Of a stretch of DNA of 64,000 bases, positions 46,761-57,172 are shown piece by piece. The stretch is from Candidatus Poribacteria bacterium (GTDB lineage Bacteria > Poribacteria > WGA-4E > WGA-3G): the NCBI GenBank assembly GCA_965242965.1, contig OZ251518.1, positions 224,001-288,000 on the forward strand, given 5' to 3'. Within the stretch, counting starts at the first letter, position 1; each line of letters starts with the position of its first letter. A program made the translations under genes and the position numbers. The notes below the pieces were generated by a model. The model made no database searches and was not told the origin of the DNA. It saw nothing but the letters and a program-made list of their open reading frames with translations.

Positions 46761-48601
46761 CTATATCGTTTTGAGATGGCACTGCAACGCGAGGTTCGCC
46801 GCAAGCGTATCAGTCAACGCAATATCACGGCAGATGAAGATGGAATCTTTCGATAGCCGCAGGTGTTCTATGTCTGTCTCCGCGAGCTCTTTGTCTAAAC
46901 AGACATGGAAAGTTTGCGTTCCATCAGGCGCGCTAATTCGGAAGACGGTGTTCGTTTGTAACCCGGCGACTTCTTCCATCGTGCTGTCAAGTGGGTATCC
47001 CTCCTTGAGCGCGATTTCATAAAGGACATCCTCAACTATCCAACCGTTGCGAAGCGTATCAATGGTGTTCTCTAACTGCGCGATATACGTCTGTGCATCC
47101 TCGGCGGTAATCTCGGCTTCCGTGCGGTAGTTCGATTCGGCGAGTTCAAAGACACGGAAGCCTATGTCCCCGTTGAGGTTTTGACAGACGCGCCGAATCC
47201 GTTCCTTCCCAATCTCGGCGATAGTCTGAAAGCCTGCCTTGCGCGCCGCCGATTTCTCAGGTGTCCGTTCCGGCAGTTGCACCATGATAAACTGCCGCGT
47301 GCCCGAATCCTCCTGATTGAGTTCCAACACTGCCTGTGCTGTCGTGCAGGAACCGGCGAAGAAATCCAAAATGATTGAATCGCGGTGAGTGCTAAATTGG
47401 AGAAGGTGCTTGATTAAGCCCACCGGCTTGGGATTGGTAAAGATGCCATCTGCATCGAGAAGCTCCCGCAGCTGGGCCCTGCCGTGACTGTTTTTCTCAA
47501 CATCGGTTAACAGACCGCGCGGGACTCTCCCGCTTGATTCGTTCAGGTAACGCTTGTATTCCACGAGCCACTTCCCTTTTTGCGATTTTCTAAAGACGAT
47601 GCGATTTTCCTTTTTCATTTGCAGAAAACGCGACTCCAGCCGGTTCCACTCGTTGAAGACAAAAGAACCGTCGGGACATTCGATCTTGTATTGCAATCCT
47701 GGGGAGGGATGATCTGGTCTTCCGCGTGTGAAGGCATCGGTTTTATAGGGACCGCGGGTGGCATAATGCTCATCTTTTTGCGTGTAGGCGGCACTCTCCT
47801 TTTCAGTGAGCGGATACCGAAACCTTCCGGTTACAGCGCGGTCTTTTGCGTAAGCGAGGATGTATTCGTGGTTTATCGCGAAGTGTTTGGCATCGTTACT
47901 TCCGCTAGCGTATCGTTGCCACACCAATTGTTGCAGGCAGTTTTCCTCGCCGAAAATCTCGTTCATGAGAAGGCGGAGGTTGTAAACCTCGCGGTCATCG
48001 ATACTGACGAAGATGATGCCGTCATCGGTGAGGAGTTGTCGTGCGAGGAAGAGACGCGGATACATCATCGACAGCCATGCCGAGTGGTATCGGCCGCTCG
48101 TCTCTGGGTTGCTGGTTTGCAGATTGCCCTCGGTATCAAGTTGCCCGGATAGTTGCAGATAAGCCGCCAGCGGTTTCGCGTAGTTATCAGGATAGACGAA
48201 ATCGCTCCCGGTGTTGTAAGGCGGATCGATGTAGACGGCTTTGATCTTGCCGAAATAGGGTTTGTAGAGGAGTTTCAGCACCTCTAGGTTATCGCCTTCA
48301 ATGAAGAGGTTTGGGCTGCTGTCAAAATGCAGGGCAGCATCTCGGTGCGGCTTGAGGGTAGCCTCGGTAGGGACGCTAAGCAGGCGGATGGCATCGCGTT
48401 TGCCTGCCCAATTGAAACTATACCTATCCGATGTCTCTGCTTCAGTCTGTTTACCCCTTTTACCCCCCCTTCACAAATGTATATAATCTGCTGAAGTTTT
48501 TCCGCGTCAATGCTGCCTTCGGTGAGGCATTCAGGGAAGAGTTGCTTAAGTTGGCGGAGTCGTTCCGCGTTGGGGTTAGGGGTTGTTTTCGGGGTTTTCA
48601 T
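46761..48601 (-). pseudogene. Type III R-M Mod-like site-specific DNA methyltransferase, frameshifted at G7 tract (possibly phase-variable)
   Basis: N-terminal LKQLFPE..TEG.ID in one frame; DRYSFNWAGK..NLFIEGDNLEVL..YIDPPYNTG..DFFAGS in another. One extra G at the tract 48463-48469 joins them. Confidence 0.85.
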
Positions 48602-48628
48602 TGGCGTTTTTCCTTGCGCTAGGCACGG

Positions 48629-48922
48629 CTATATCTCCGACAGTTCAGGGACGTGTGCGTCCTCATAATTTTCAATGAGCGTCCCAATGAAGTCCATCAA
48701 CGAGGCTAAGATGTGGTCTTCGTTTTCACCAACGGTATCAATTAAACCGTCGAGGATTGCCACGAGTTGTTGATAGTCATTTTCTGTCAATGAGGCGAAA
48801 AGATGGGGTTCGCTCGTGCCAACGGCATCAATTAGATGTTCTAACGCTGGCACAAGTGGTAGAGAATTCCCAATGGGTTCTGCCTGCAACGGACTAGATA
48901 GCGGGGTGTGTCTGGGCATCAT
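48629..48922 (-). CDS. HigA-like antitoxin N-terminal domain protein (no HTH)
   Basis: ENDYQQLV..LD.LID.VGENEDH.LASL...IG.LIE.YE pattern resembles the HigA N-terminal region. Confidence 0.5.
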   Translation of the reverse strand: MMPRHTPLSSPLQAEPIGNSLPLVPALEHLIDAVGTSEPHLFASLTENDYQQLVAILDGLIDTVGENEDHILASLMDFIGTLIENYEDAHVPELSEI

Positions 48923-48941
48923 ATTACTCCTTCAACTTAAG

Positions 48942-49416
48942 TGAGGGTGTTTCATATTTCAATTTCTTCCCGGTAGGAGAGACCTCCCGGTCTCGATTTT
49001 CCTGTAGCGCGGGGGCCTGTCCCCTGCGAGTTCCATCGTCACGATCCGTGTTTCCCTTCTGTAGTTTGTGATCGCCTGATCACAAACGGTTCAGGATCAG
49101 GCGATCCTGACCTACAGAGCCTGGCGCGCGAGCGATGGCGAGGGACAGGCCCTCGCCCTACGGTGAAGTGCCGTTTTTTCCCGTAGCGCGGGGCCCGTCC
49201 CTTGCGAGCTCCATCGTTCCGATGTGTGTTTCCGCCTCTGTAGTTTGTGATCGCCTGATCACAAACGGTTCAGGATCAGGCGATCCTGACCTACAGAGCC
49301 TGGCGCGCGAGTGATGCAGAAATCAAGACCAGGAGGGCTCTCCTACAGGGACATCGCTTGCATCGAGACCGGGAGGTCTCTCCTACCGGGATGCAGCGAT
49401 TTATGAAACTCCCTCT
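48942..49416. mobile_element. TIR-bounded mosaic REP cassette with TTAA flanking repeat
   Basis: TTAA|GTGAGGGTGTTTCATA ... TATGAAACTCCCTCTC|TTAA, with an internal ~130-bp block duplicated. Confidence 0.8.
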
Positions 49417-49417
49417 C

Positions 49418-50686
49418 TTAATTTGCATCCAAAAACCGCTCAAAATTCCCGCCGAACAGATTGCCGACATCCCGAACGATTTCCGAACGCGTCACACACC
49501 AACCCGCATCCAATAATGTCTGATACTTCTCCGCCAAAACATCGGCGATGATCTGGCGCGAATGTTTCCATTTGTATACCAGCTGATCCAAGATGCGCGC
49601 ATCCGAATGTTGCGGGATAACGCTCAACCCCAGCAACTCAAGCCGCTCACGCGTAATCTCCTCAATAATGCTCGGATTGTTCATGAACCACCAACACCCG
49701 AAAATCATCAGGTTTTTGAACTTCCTGCCGATGACGCATAACTCATGCTGGTTCTCGCGCGACAGAAGCGTTACCAAAAACTTATTGTCGGGATGTTCAC
49801 GGAGCAACGCCTCTAAACTACCCAGGTCTGCCTTCGCGCTGCCATCGCCAGCCATCTGGAGTTGCGGATTCACGGCGCGTTTGACACCAATCATCAGCGC
49901 GAACGGAACGTTGAATTCACGCGAGACCGGCAGGATACAGTTATCGAACACTCTACCGAGGATGCCGTCATCAGGATACCGAAAATCCGGGGGGAGCGAG
50001 ACTGCCATGTATTTTGGTTGCATCCGTTGAATCCACGTCTCCAAGAATCGGCGCACCTCTTTCTGTGCCTTTTCAGATGAGAGCGTTGCATCCACCTCAT
50101 AACCAAGTCCGCGGAGGTGTTCATAAGCGGTTTCTTGGTAAGTGTTGATCAGCACGTCCAGCCGCAGCGCGGCGTGAAACCGCGAATCGCCGGTATTCGC
50201 AGATTCCCACACTGGGGATTCTGCTGCATCAAAAGGGTCATTCGTCATAACGACTTGTGAGACATTGGCGCGGGCAAACACCGTGTCAATGAACGCCTCG
50301 ACGGAGGTATCCGCAAAGTAGTTACGGTAGTCCTGCAGGTTGCGCGCGGTGACATCCAACCCCAATTCGTTTAACGTCGTGACGACACCGCGGCATGCCT
50401 CGCTCAACGGCGAGTTTTCAATGAAGAGTTTCTGCCAGATGAGCTCCGCCTGTTCCGCCTTCGTCATCGCCCAAAACTGCTGATAGGTGACATCCGATTT
50501 GCGGAATACCTCGGCGATGAGGTAGTGATACGTCAGCAATTCGTCAATGCCCCACAGCAACAATTCCCCGAAGGGTGGACTGAACAGATGCGTGTGGATG
50601 TCGGTGACGCTTTGCGCGTGGACCTCTGTCGTAACAGCGGTTTTCAGTTCAGCCGCGTTCGCGATGGGCTGCGTGCCGTTGTTCAT
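49418..50686 (-). CDS. uxaC: Glucuronate isomerase (divergent BH0493-type uronate isomerase)
   Basis: TDIHTHL, LLTYHYL, MTNDPF, GCWWF and HSDAR motifs. Confidence 0.85.
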   Translation of the reverse strand: MNNGTQPIANAAELKTAVTTEVHAQSVTDIHTHLFSPPFGELLLWGIDELLTYHYLIAEVFRKSDVTYQQFWAMTKAEQAELIWQKLFIENSPLSEACRGVVTTLNELGLDVTARNLQDYRNYFADTSVEAFIDTVFARANVSQVVMTNDPFDAAESPVWESANTGDSRFHAALRLDVLINTYQETAYEHLRGLGYEVDATLSSEKAQKEVRRFLETWIQRMQPKYMAVSLPPDFRYPDDGILGRVFDNCILPVSREFNVPFALMIGVKRAVNPQLQMAGDGSAKADLGSLEALLREHPDNKFLVTLLSRENQHELCVIGRKFKNLMIFGCWWFMNNPSIIEEITRERLELLGLSVIPQHSDARILDQLVYKWKHSRQIIADVLAEKYQTLLDAGWCVTRSEIVRDVGNLFGGNFERFLDAN

Positions 50687-50689
50687 TCT

Positions 50690-51094
50690 TCATTCTCCCG
50701 GAGGCGCGCTTTCCAAACGCGCCCGAATAAAATCAACTATCGATTCCGATGGCTGTGTGCCAAATCGGACGTAAACGCCCCGGAAATTCTCCAGCCGCGT
50801 CGGTTTCGCAAAGGGACTGAGCAGTATCCCGTTCGCATCAACATAAGAACTCCGGAACGTAGCCCAGGGCCGTTCCAACCGATAGCAACATGCCGTGACG
50901 ATAAGCCTATCCGTCTCGCACTGGTAGCGGAACGGCAAAAAGTATTTGTAAAGCGAACCGATTAGGAACAGTGCCGATAGCACCACGACCGGGGCAGACC
51001 GGAACCCCCAATAGATGCAGAGGAAAAGGAAACACAGAAAAATCCCCAGTAGCGCGCTCCGTTTCCAATTTTCACGAGCGGATGCACTGTCCAT
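50690..51094 (-). CDS. Hypothetical membrane protein
   Basis: Two TM helices and LSPF...RL..FRG motif, in the secG operon. Confidence 0.6.
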   Translation of the reverse strand: MDSASARENWKRSALLGIFLCFLFLCIYWGFRSAPVVVLSALFLIGSLYKYFLPFRYQCETDRLIVTACCYRLERPWATFRSSYVDANGILLSPFAKPTRLENFRGVYVRFGTQPSESIVDFIRARLESAPPGE

Positions 51095-51138
51095 GAGATT
51101 TGTTCGTCGGTTTGGTGCTGCGTTTCCATTTTTCTCGC

Positions 51139-51558
51139 CTACTCAGTCTCCTCTGGCGTAACTCCATCGACTTCGGTTTTCGAGGATTGTCCTCCTTCGG
51201 CGGGTGTCTCACTTTCGGTGCTGTCCGCCTCGTCTCCGCCGACGGTGTCAACGGGTTCCGGTGTCTCACCCTGTTGCGTCTGTTCTTGCTCAATCGGGGT
51301 GAGGGCACCGCCGCTCTCCTCGCCGTAGAACCGCATTAAGATGAGCGAGATAACCATGAAGCCGACGGCCAACCACGTCGTCATTTTGCCGAGGAAAGTC
51401 GCGGCACCGCGACTGCCCAACATTGACTGCATCTCCGCGCCGCCAAACGCGCTTGATGACAGCCCTTCGCCTTTGCTGTCTTGTAAGAGGATGATCAGCG
51501 TCAAAATGACGCAGACCGGAACGAAAAGCACTACTGCAAATCCAATGATAATTCCCAT
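51139..51558 (-). CDS. secG: Preprotein translocase subunit SecG
   Basis: ILLQ.SKG.GL...FGG...G.RGA..FL.K.T motif, downstream of tpiA. Confidence 0.9.
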   Translation of the reverse strand: MGIIIGFAVVLFVPVCVILTLIILLQDSKGEGLSSSAFGGAEMQSMLGSRGAATFLGKMTTWLAVGFMVISLILMRFYGEESGGALTPIEQEQTQQGETPEPVDTVGGDEADSTESETPAEGGQSSKTEVDGVTPEETE

Positions 51559-51619
51559 GAGATATTCCTTTTAAATCTTAGCCAGTCTGCAGTTTGAGTC
51601 TCCCTGAGCTCAAATTGCC

Positions 51620-52000
51620 CGGGCTCAGGCGAGCCCGAACTACGGAATAGATTGCACTGACTCAGGCGAGCCCGAACTACAGAATAGATTGCACTGGTAG
51701 GCGCGCTTTGCAAGCACGCCTAGGGTTCATGTTGTTCACGTCTAACTTCAGGGTGTTTCATAACTCCGTTAGTGCTTAAAGCCCTGTAGGTCAGGATCGC
51801 CTGATCCTGACCCGTTCGGGAGCGGGCGCTCCCGAACTACAGAGGTGGGCCCGATGCACCTTACGGGCACATCGAGACCAGGAGGTCTCTCCTACGCTCC
51901 CGAACTACAGAGGTGGCCCCGATGCGCTCTCCCCCAAGGAGGATAAATTTATGAAACACCCTCAGTTTATTGCATCGAGACTGGGAGGGCTCTCCTACCG
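51620..52000. mobile_element. REP cluster with TIR-bounded cassette (51748-51964)
   Basis: TCAGGGTGTTTCATAA ... TTATGAAACACCCTCA, flanked by 37-bp tandem CTCAGGCGAGCCCGAACTAC units. Confidence 0.75.
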
Positions 52001-52018
52001 GGAAGAAAAACTCCCTCT

Positions 52019-52786
52019 CTAACTTGCGGCTTTCACGATTGCCGCGAAGGATGCCGCGTCAAGACTCGCGCCGCCGACTAACGCGCCATCTACGTCCTGC
52101 TTCCCGAGCAGTTCCGCTGCATTGTCCGGTTTAACGCTGCCGCCATACTGAATACGTATCTGTTCCGCGACATCGTCCGAGGAGGCTATTGCCACTAAAT
52201 TGCGAATAACGGCGTGGACTTCCTGTGCTTGCGCGGGCGTGGCGGTTTTCCCTGTGCCGATGGCCCACACTGGTTCATAAGCGATGACGCTGGAGAGCAA
52301 ATCGGTTGTTGATAAATCGGCGATGCCGCCCGCGACCTGGGATGCGATAACCCCTTCCGTGCGGCCAGCCTCCCGTTCTTCAAGGAGTTCACCGACGCAG
52401 ATAATGGGTTTTAATCCGCTGGCTAATGCCGCCTTCGCTTTCCGATTGACGCTCTCGTTCGTCTCGCCGAAGTATTGCCGCCGTTCCGAATGCCCGACGA
52501 TGACGTATTCGCAACCGACATCTTTCAACATTGTGGGTGAGACTTCGCCGGTGAACGCGCCACTCTCTTCCCAATAAACATCTTGTGCGGCGAGAGAGAC
52601 GTTGCTGCCGGCTATCGTCGCGCTGACTGCCGAGAGCGCGGTAAATGGCGGTGCTACGACAATTTCAACGTCAATCTCAACGCCGTGCGCTTCGGCAACT
52701 AACGCCTTCAATGCCGTTGCGAGCGTCACCGCCTCCCCAACCGTGTTATTCAGTTTCCAATTTCCTGCAATGATAGGTGTTCGCAT
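52019..52786 (-). CDS. tpiA: Triosephosphate isomerase
   Basis: IAGNWK, GHSERR, AYEPVWAIGTG, YGGSV and LVGGASL motifs. Confidence 0.97.
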   Translation of the reverse strand: MRTPIIAGNWKLNNTVGEAVTLATALKALVAEAHGVEIDVEIVVAPPFTALSAVSATIAGSNVSLAAQDVYWEESGAFTGEVSPTMLKDVGCEYVIVGHSERRQYFGETNESVNRKAKAALASGLKPIICVGELLEEREAGRTEGVIASQVAGGIADLSTTDLLSSVIAYEPVWAIGTGKTATPAQAQEVHAVIRNLVAIASSDDVAEQIRIQYGGSVKPDNAAELLGKQDVDGALVGGASLDAASFAAIVKAAS

Positions 52787-52801
52787 AATCCTCCCGCGCC
52801 G

Positions 52802-53935
<1,134 letters not shown>

Positions 53936-53974
53936 TTAATTATACCACATCACGTGATTAATTGCAAGTTTAAC

Positions 53975-54003
53975 TTGACAATTTACGCGATTTCGGGTAT
54001 CCT
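53975..54003 (+). promoter_or_regulatory. Sigma70 promoter, likely leaderless trmJ transcript
   Basis: TTGACA-17 bp-TATCCT-6 nt-ATG. Confidence 0.6.
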
Positions 54004-54009
54004 ATTTTT

Positions 54010-54831
54010 ATGTCAACAACTACTCACAGCAAACCGATTCAACCGTCGGGGAGTTTCCGTGCGATTCCGGTGGATGTGCCGGGTAACCTCGCCAATATTC
54101 GCATTATCCTCTTTGAACCGCGCGAGCCGGGCAACATCGGCTCCGTCGCCAGAGTCGTCAAAGGGATGGGGCTGTCGCAGCTCTATCTGGTGAACCCCGT
54201 GCCATTCCGCGAGGTGGATGCGGCGTGGTATATGGCGCATGGCGCGCAGGATATCCTCGAAAACTGCCATGTCGTTGAGACGCTGCCCGACGCGCTCATC
54301 GGCATCCAATATCTGGTAGGGACAACGCATCGGCGGCGCGATATGCGGATTCCACCGCCGGTGACAGCGCGCGAAGCCGCGCTTACCATCGCGTCAATTT
54401 CACAGGACAAACCGGTCGCGCTGCTGTTTGGCCGTGAAGACTTCGGTTTATCCACCGACCAGGTGAGTCTCTGTCAATTAACGGCAAGCGTACCGATGGC
54501 GACAAAAAACCCATCGTTGAACCTCGCGCAAGCGGTGCAGGTCTTCGCGTATGAGGTCTTCGTCGCGAGTCTCGGCGAGGTATCGCCAGATCCGATTGAC
54601 TACGCCGATGTAAACGCGCTGGAGGAATTTTATGGGCGTGTTGTCCGGTTGCTGGACAAAGTTGGCATGTCTCCCTATAATAGCGAGTGGGAGACGTATC
54701 TGAAATCGCTGCGGCGTGTTTTCTCTCGTGCGCCGTTAGAAGAGCGGGATATCGCCACGTTAGACATGATTTTCTCGACGACGTATCGCTATATTGAGCG
54801 GTTAGAGAAGAAAATTGTGGATTCTGCTTGA
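54010..54831 (+). CDS. trmJ: TrmJ/YjtD family SPOUT RNA methyltransferase
   Basis: P..PGNIGSVAR, LLFGREDFGL and PSLNLAQAV motifs. Confidence 0.85.
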   Translation: MSTTTHSKPIQPSGSFRAIPVDVPGNLANIRIILFEPREPGNIGSVARVVKGMGLSQLYLVNPVPFREVDAAWYMAHGAQDILENCHVVETLPDALIGIQYLVGTTHRRRDMRIPPPVTAREAALTIASISQDKPVALLFGREDFGLSTDQVSLCQLTASVPMATKNPSLNLAQAVQVFAYEVFVASLGEVSPDPIDYADVNALEEFYGRVVRLLDKVGMSPYNSEWETYLKSLRRVFSRAPLEERDIATLDMIFSTTYRYIERLEKKIVDSA

Positions 54832-54856
54832 CATTTTTGGTGGTTTTGGGTATTAT
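54828..54856 (+). promoter_or_regulatory. Sigma70 promoter for DUF262 gene
   Basis: TTGACA-17 bp-TATTAT overlapping the trmJ stop. AAGGAGG RBS before ATG 54912. Confidence 0.65.
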
Positions 54857-54911
54857 GGGGATGTTAAACAAATTTGGTCCGCGGATGGACCGAAGGAGGT
54901 TTTTTGAATTT

Positions 54912-56915
54912 ATGAGAATCGATGGCAATGTTAGGACAGTCAGAGAATTGCTTGCCAACACCAAGTACACGCTTGATTACTATCAGCGTGAATACAGTTG
55001 GCAAACCCGGCATGTCACTGAGTTCATTGACGATCTTACCGGAAAATTCCTAGAAGACTACAATGAATCTCACGAGCAATCTGAGGTGCCCAGATACGGC
55101 CATTACTATCTCGGTGCAATTATCATCAGCCATACTGATGGACGCAGATCTATAGTTGATGGCCAGCAGCGGCTCACGACGCTGACGCTTTTCCTTATCC
55201 ATCTGAGGCATTTGCTCGGAGATACTAGTTTGAGAAGGCAGATAGACCCGCTGATACACTCGCTGGCTTTCGGAATAGAGGGTTTCAATCTGGATGTTCC
55301 ACAATGGGAACCTGTTCTGGATGCCCTCTATTCAGGAGATTCATTTGATGCGATTGATGAGTCGGAATCTATCCGGAACATCGTAGCGAGCTATAATGAC
55401 ATTGGAAACCATTTTGAACTGCCAGAGCAAGCACTACCGTTTTTCGCTGAGTGGTTGCTTGTGAATGTCTACTTGATAGAAATCGCTGCCTTTGACGACA
55501 GAGATGCCTACGAAATTTTTGAAACGGTGAATGACCGCGGGTTATCACTGACTCCCGCCGATATGCTCAGAGGATATCTACTGTCCCATATTACGGAATC
55601 TTCACATAGAGATGCTGCAAGCGAGGTGTGGAGCAACCGTGGCCGGGATTTACAAGGACTCGGGAAAGAAGAGGTGACGAACGCAATCAAAGCGTGGTTG
55701 CGTAGTCAGTACGCCGAAAGCGTTCGCGATTTCGATCTCATCGGATCTGAGTTCCATCGCTGGGTTCGCGATCGAGAAAATGATCTGGACCTCACTTCAA
55801 GTGAAAGTTTCGTAACTTTCATTGAACGGGAATTTCTATTTTACAGCGGCTGGTATCTCCGTTTAAAGGAAGCAACTAAGTCGTTTAAGCCTGAACTTGA
55901 ATGTGTTTATTACAACGCACAGCACAATTTCACGCTTCAGTTTCCCGTCCTGCTAGCTCCTTTGCGCGTAGAAGATTCTGAGGAGGAAAGCATCCGGAAG
56001 ATACAAGTTGTCTCTAGATACCTTGACATCTTCATCCATCGCCGTGTCTGGAATTTGCTCTCCATTACCCAGAATACCATGGTTGAGACTATGTTCTCAG
56101 TCATGCACGACATCAGGGGCAAAAATGCTAGTGAGTTGAGCGAACTGTTGTCTTCGCGGCTCAACGCAAATGCCTCTGTCGGATTCGCCAGCAGCAATCG
56201 ATTTGGGTTGATAGGTGGAAACCGATCGAGGGTTCTTCTTGTCCTTGCGAGGATGACAGACTATGTGGAAAGTCAGTCTTCAAACCAGCCTTCGCGTTTT
56301 CATGAGTATGTTCGGCGAGGGCGCAACAGTTATGAGATAGAGCATATCTGGGCAAACCATTTTGAGGATCACCTAGAGGAATTCACTCATGAAGTTGAGT
56401 TTGATGACTATCGAAACCGCATCGGCGGATTGTTACTTCTTCGCCGGGGCGACAATGCTGCTTTCGGCGATCTGCCCTTTACCGAGAAACGTGAGTTATA
56501 CCTCAGGGAGAATCTATTGGCCTCAAGTCTCCACGAGCGAACCTATGAACGCAACCCCGGCTTTCAGAGATTCATGGAAAGGAGTGGCTTGCGCTTCCGC
56601 CCACATGACGTATTCATGAAAGCAGATCTGATTGCCCGCCAACGCCTCTACCAGCACCTCGCCGAGCAGGTTTGGAGTCCGGAAAGGTTATTGGGCAAGG
56701 ATCCGCAACCGCTAGAACCTTACGATCTGGACTACCCGGTGTCCAGTCTAGCAGATCCGGAACCAGACGAACGGATTAGAACGGAGATTCGCGAATTCTA
56801 CAATGACATGCGCCATGACAGAGTCGGCCAACTTTGTGAACAAGTTGTGGAACTCCAAAGGCTGATTGAAGAAAAAGGTTGGGAACTCACTCGCAGATTA
56901 CGGCGGAGAATTTGA
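54912..56915 (+). CDS. GmrSD-like DUF262/DUF1524 protein (type IV restriction candidate)
   Basis: YQREYSW, DGQQRLTT and FETVNDRG (DUF262); EIEHI and RNRIGGLLLL..N (HNH-like DUF1524). Confidence 0.88.
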   Translation: MRIDGNVRTVRELLANTKYTLDYYQREYSWQTRHVTEFIDDLTGKFLEDYNESHEQSEVPRYGHYYLGAIIISHTDGRRSIVDGQQRLTTLTLFLIHLRHLLGDTSLRRQIDPLIHSLAFGIEGFNLDVPQWEPVLDALYSGDSFDAIDESESIRNIVASYNDIGNHFELPEQALPFFAEWLLVNVYLIEIAAFDDRDAYEIFETVNDRGLSLTPADMLRGYLLSHITESSHRDAASEVWSNRGRDLQGLGKEEVTNAIKAWLRSQYAESVRDFDLIGSEFHRWVRDRENDLDLTSSESFVTFIEREFLFYSGWYLRLKEATKSFKPELECVYYNAQHNFTLQFPVLLAPLRVEDSEEESIRKIQVVSRYLDIFIHRRVWNLLSITQNTMVETMFSVMHDIRGKNASELSELLSSRLNANASVGFASSNRFGLIGGNRSRVLLVLARMTDYVESQSSNQPSRFHEYVRRGRNSYEIEHIWANHFEDHLEEFTHEVEFDDYRNRIGGLLLLRRGDNAAFGDLPFTEKRELYLRENLLASSLHERTYERNPGFQRFMERSGLRFRPHDVFMKADLIARQRLYQHLAEQVWSPERLLGKDPQPLEPYDLDYPVSSLADPEPDERIRTEIREFYNDMRHDRVGQLCEQVVELQRLIEEKGWELTRRLRRRI

Positions 56916-57136
56916 GTTTCTACATCGAGAATAAGCGGTGTTTTGGGGTTGACTTGCATTCTACGCCTAGATTTGCTGTTTGGCACCTCACCGGGGAAGA
57001 ATTGGAACAGTGGAGAAGCCAGTGTGATTTTACTCATTATCCCCGCAGCAAAAAAACCGTTTATCCAAGGGGCACAACCGTCACTCAACTGCGTCCTATC
57101 TTCGAGTTTGCCTATCGGAAAATTCAGGGTGCATAA
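56879..57136 (+). pseudogene. Probable frameshifted C-terminal continuation of the DUF262 gene
   Basis: Overlapping -1-frame ORF without a good start or RBS that fills the gap to the next gene. Confidence 0.45.
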
Positions 57137-57172
57137 CGGACGGATAGAGACATCCGCTAGAAACCATTAAGC

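Noticed and set aside
48284-48601. 105-aa ORF as an independent gene
   Set aside because: It is the N-terminal part of the frameshifted Mod gene. Residues after the G tract are out-of-frame sequence.
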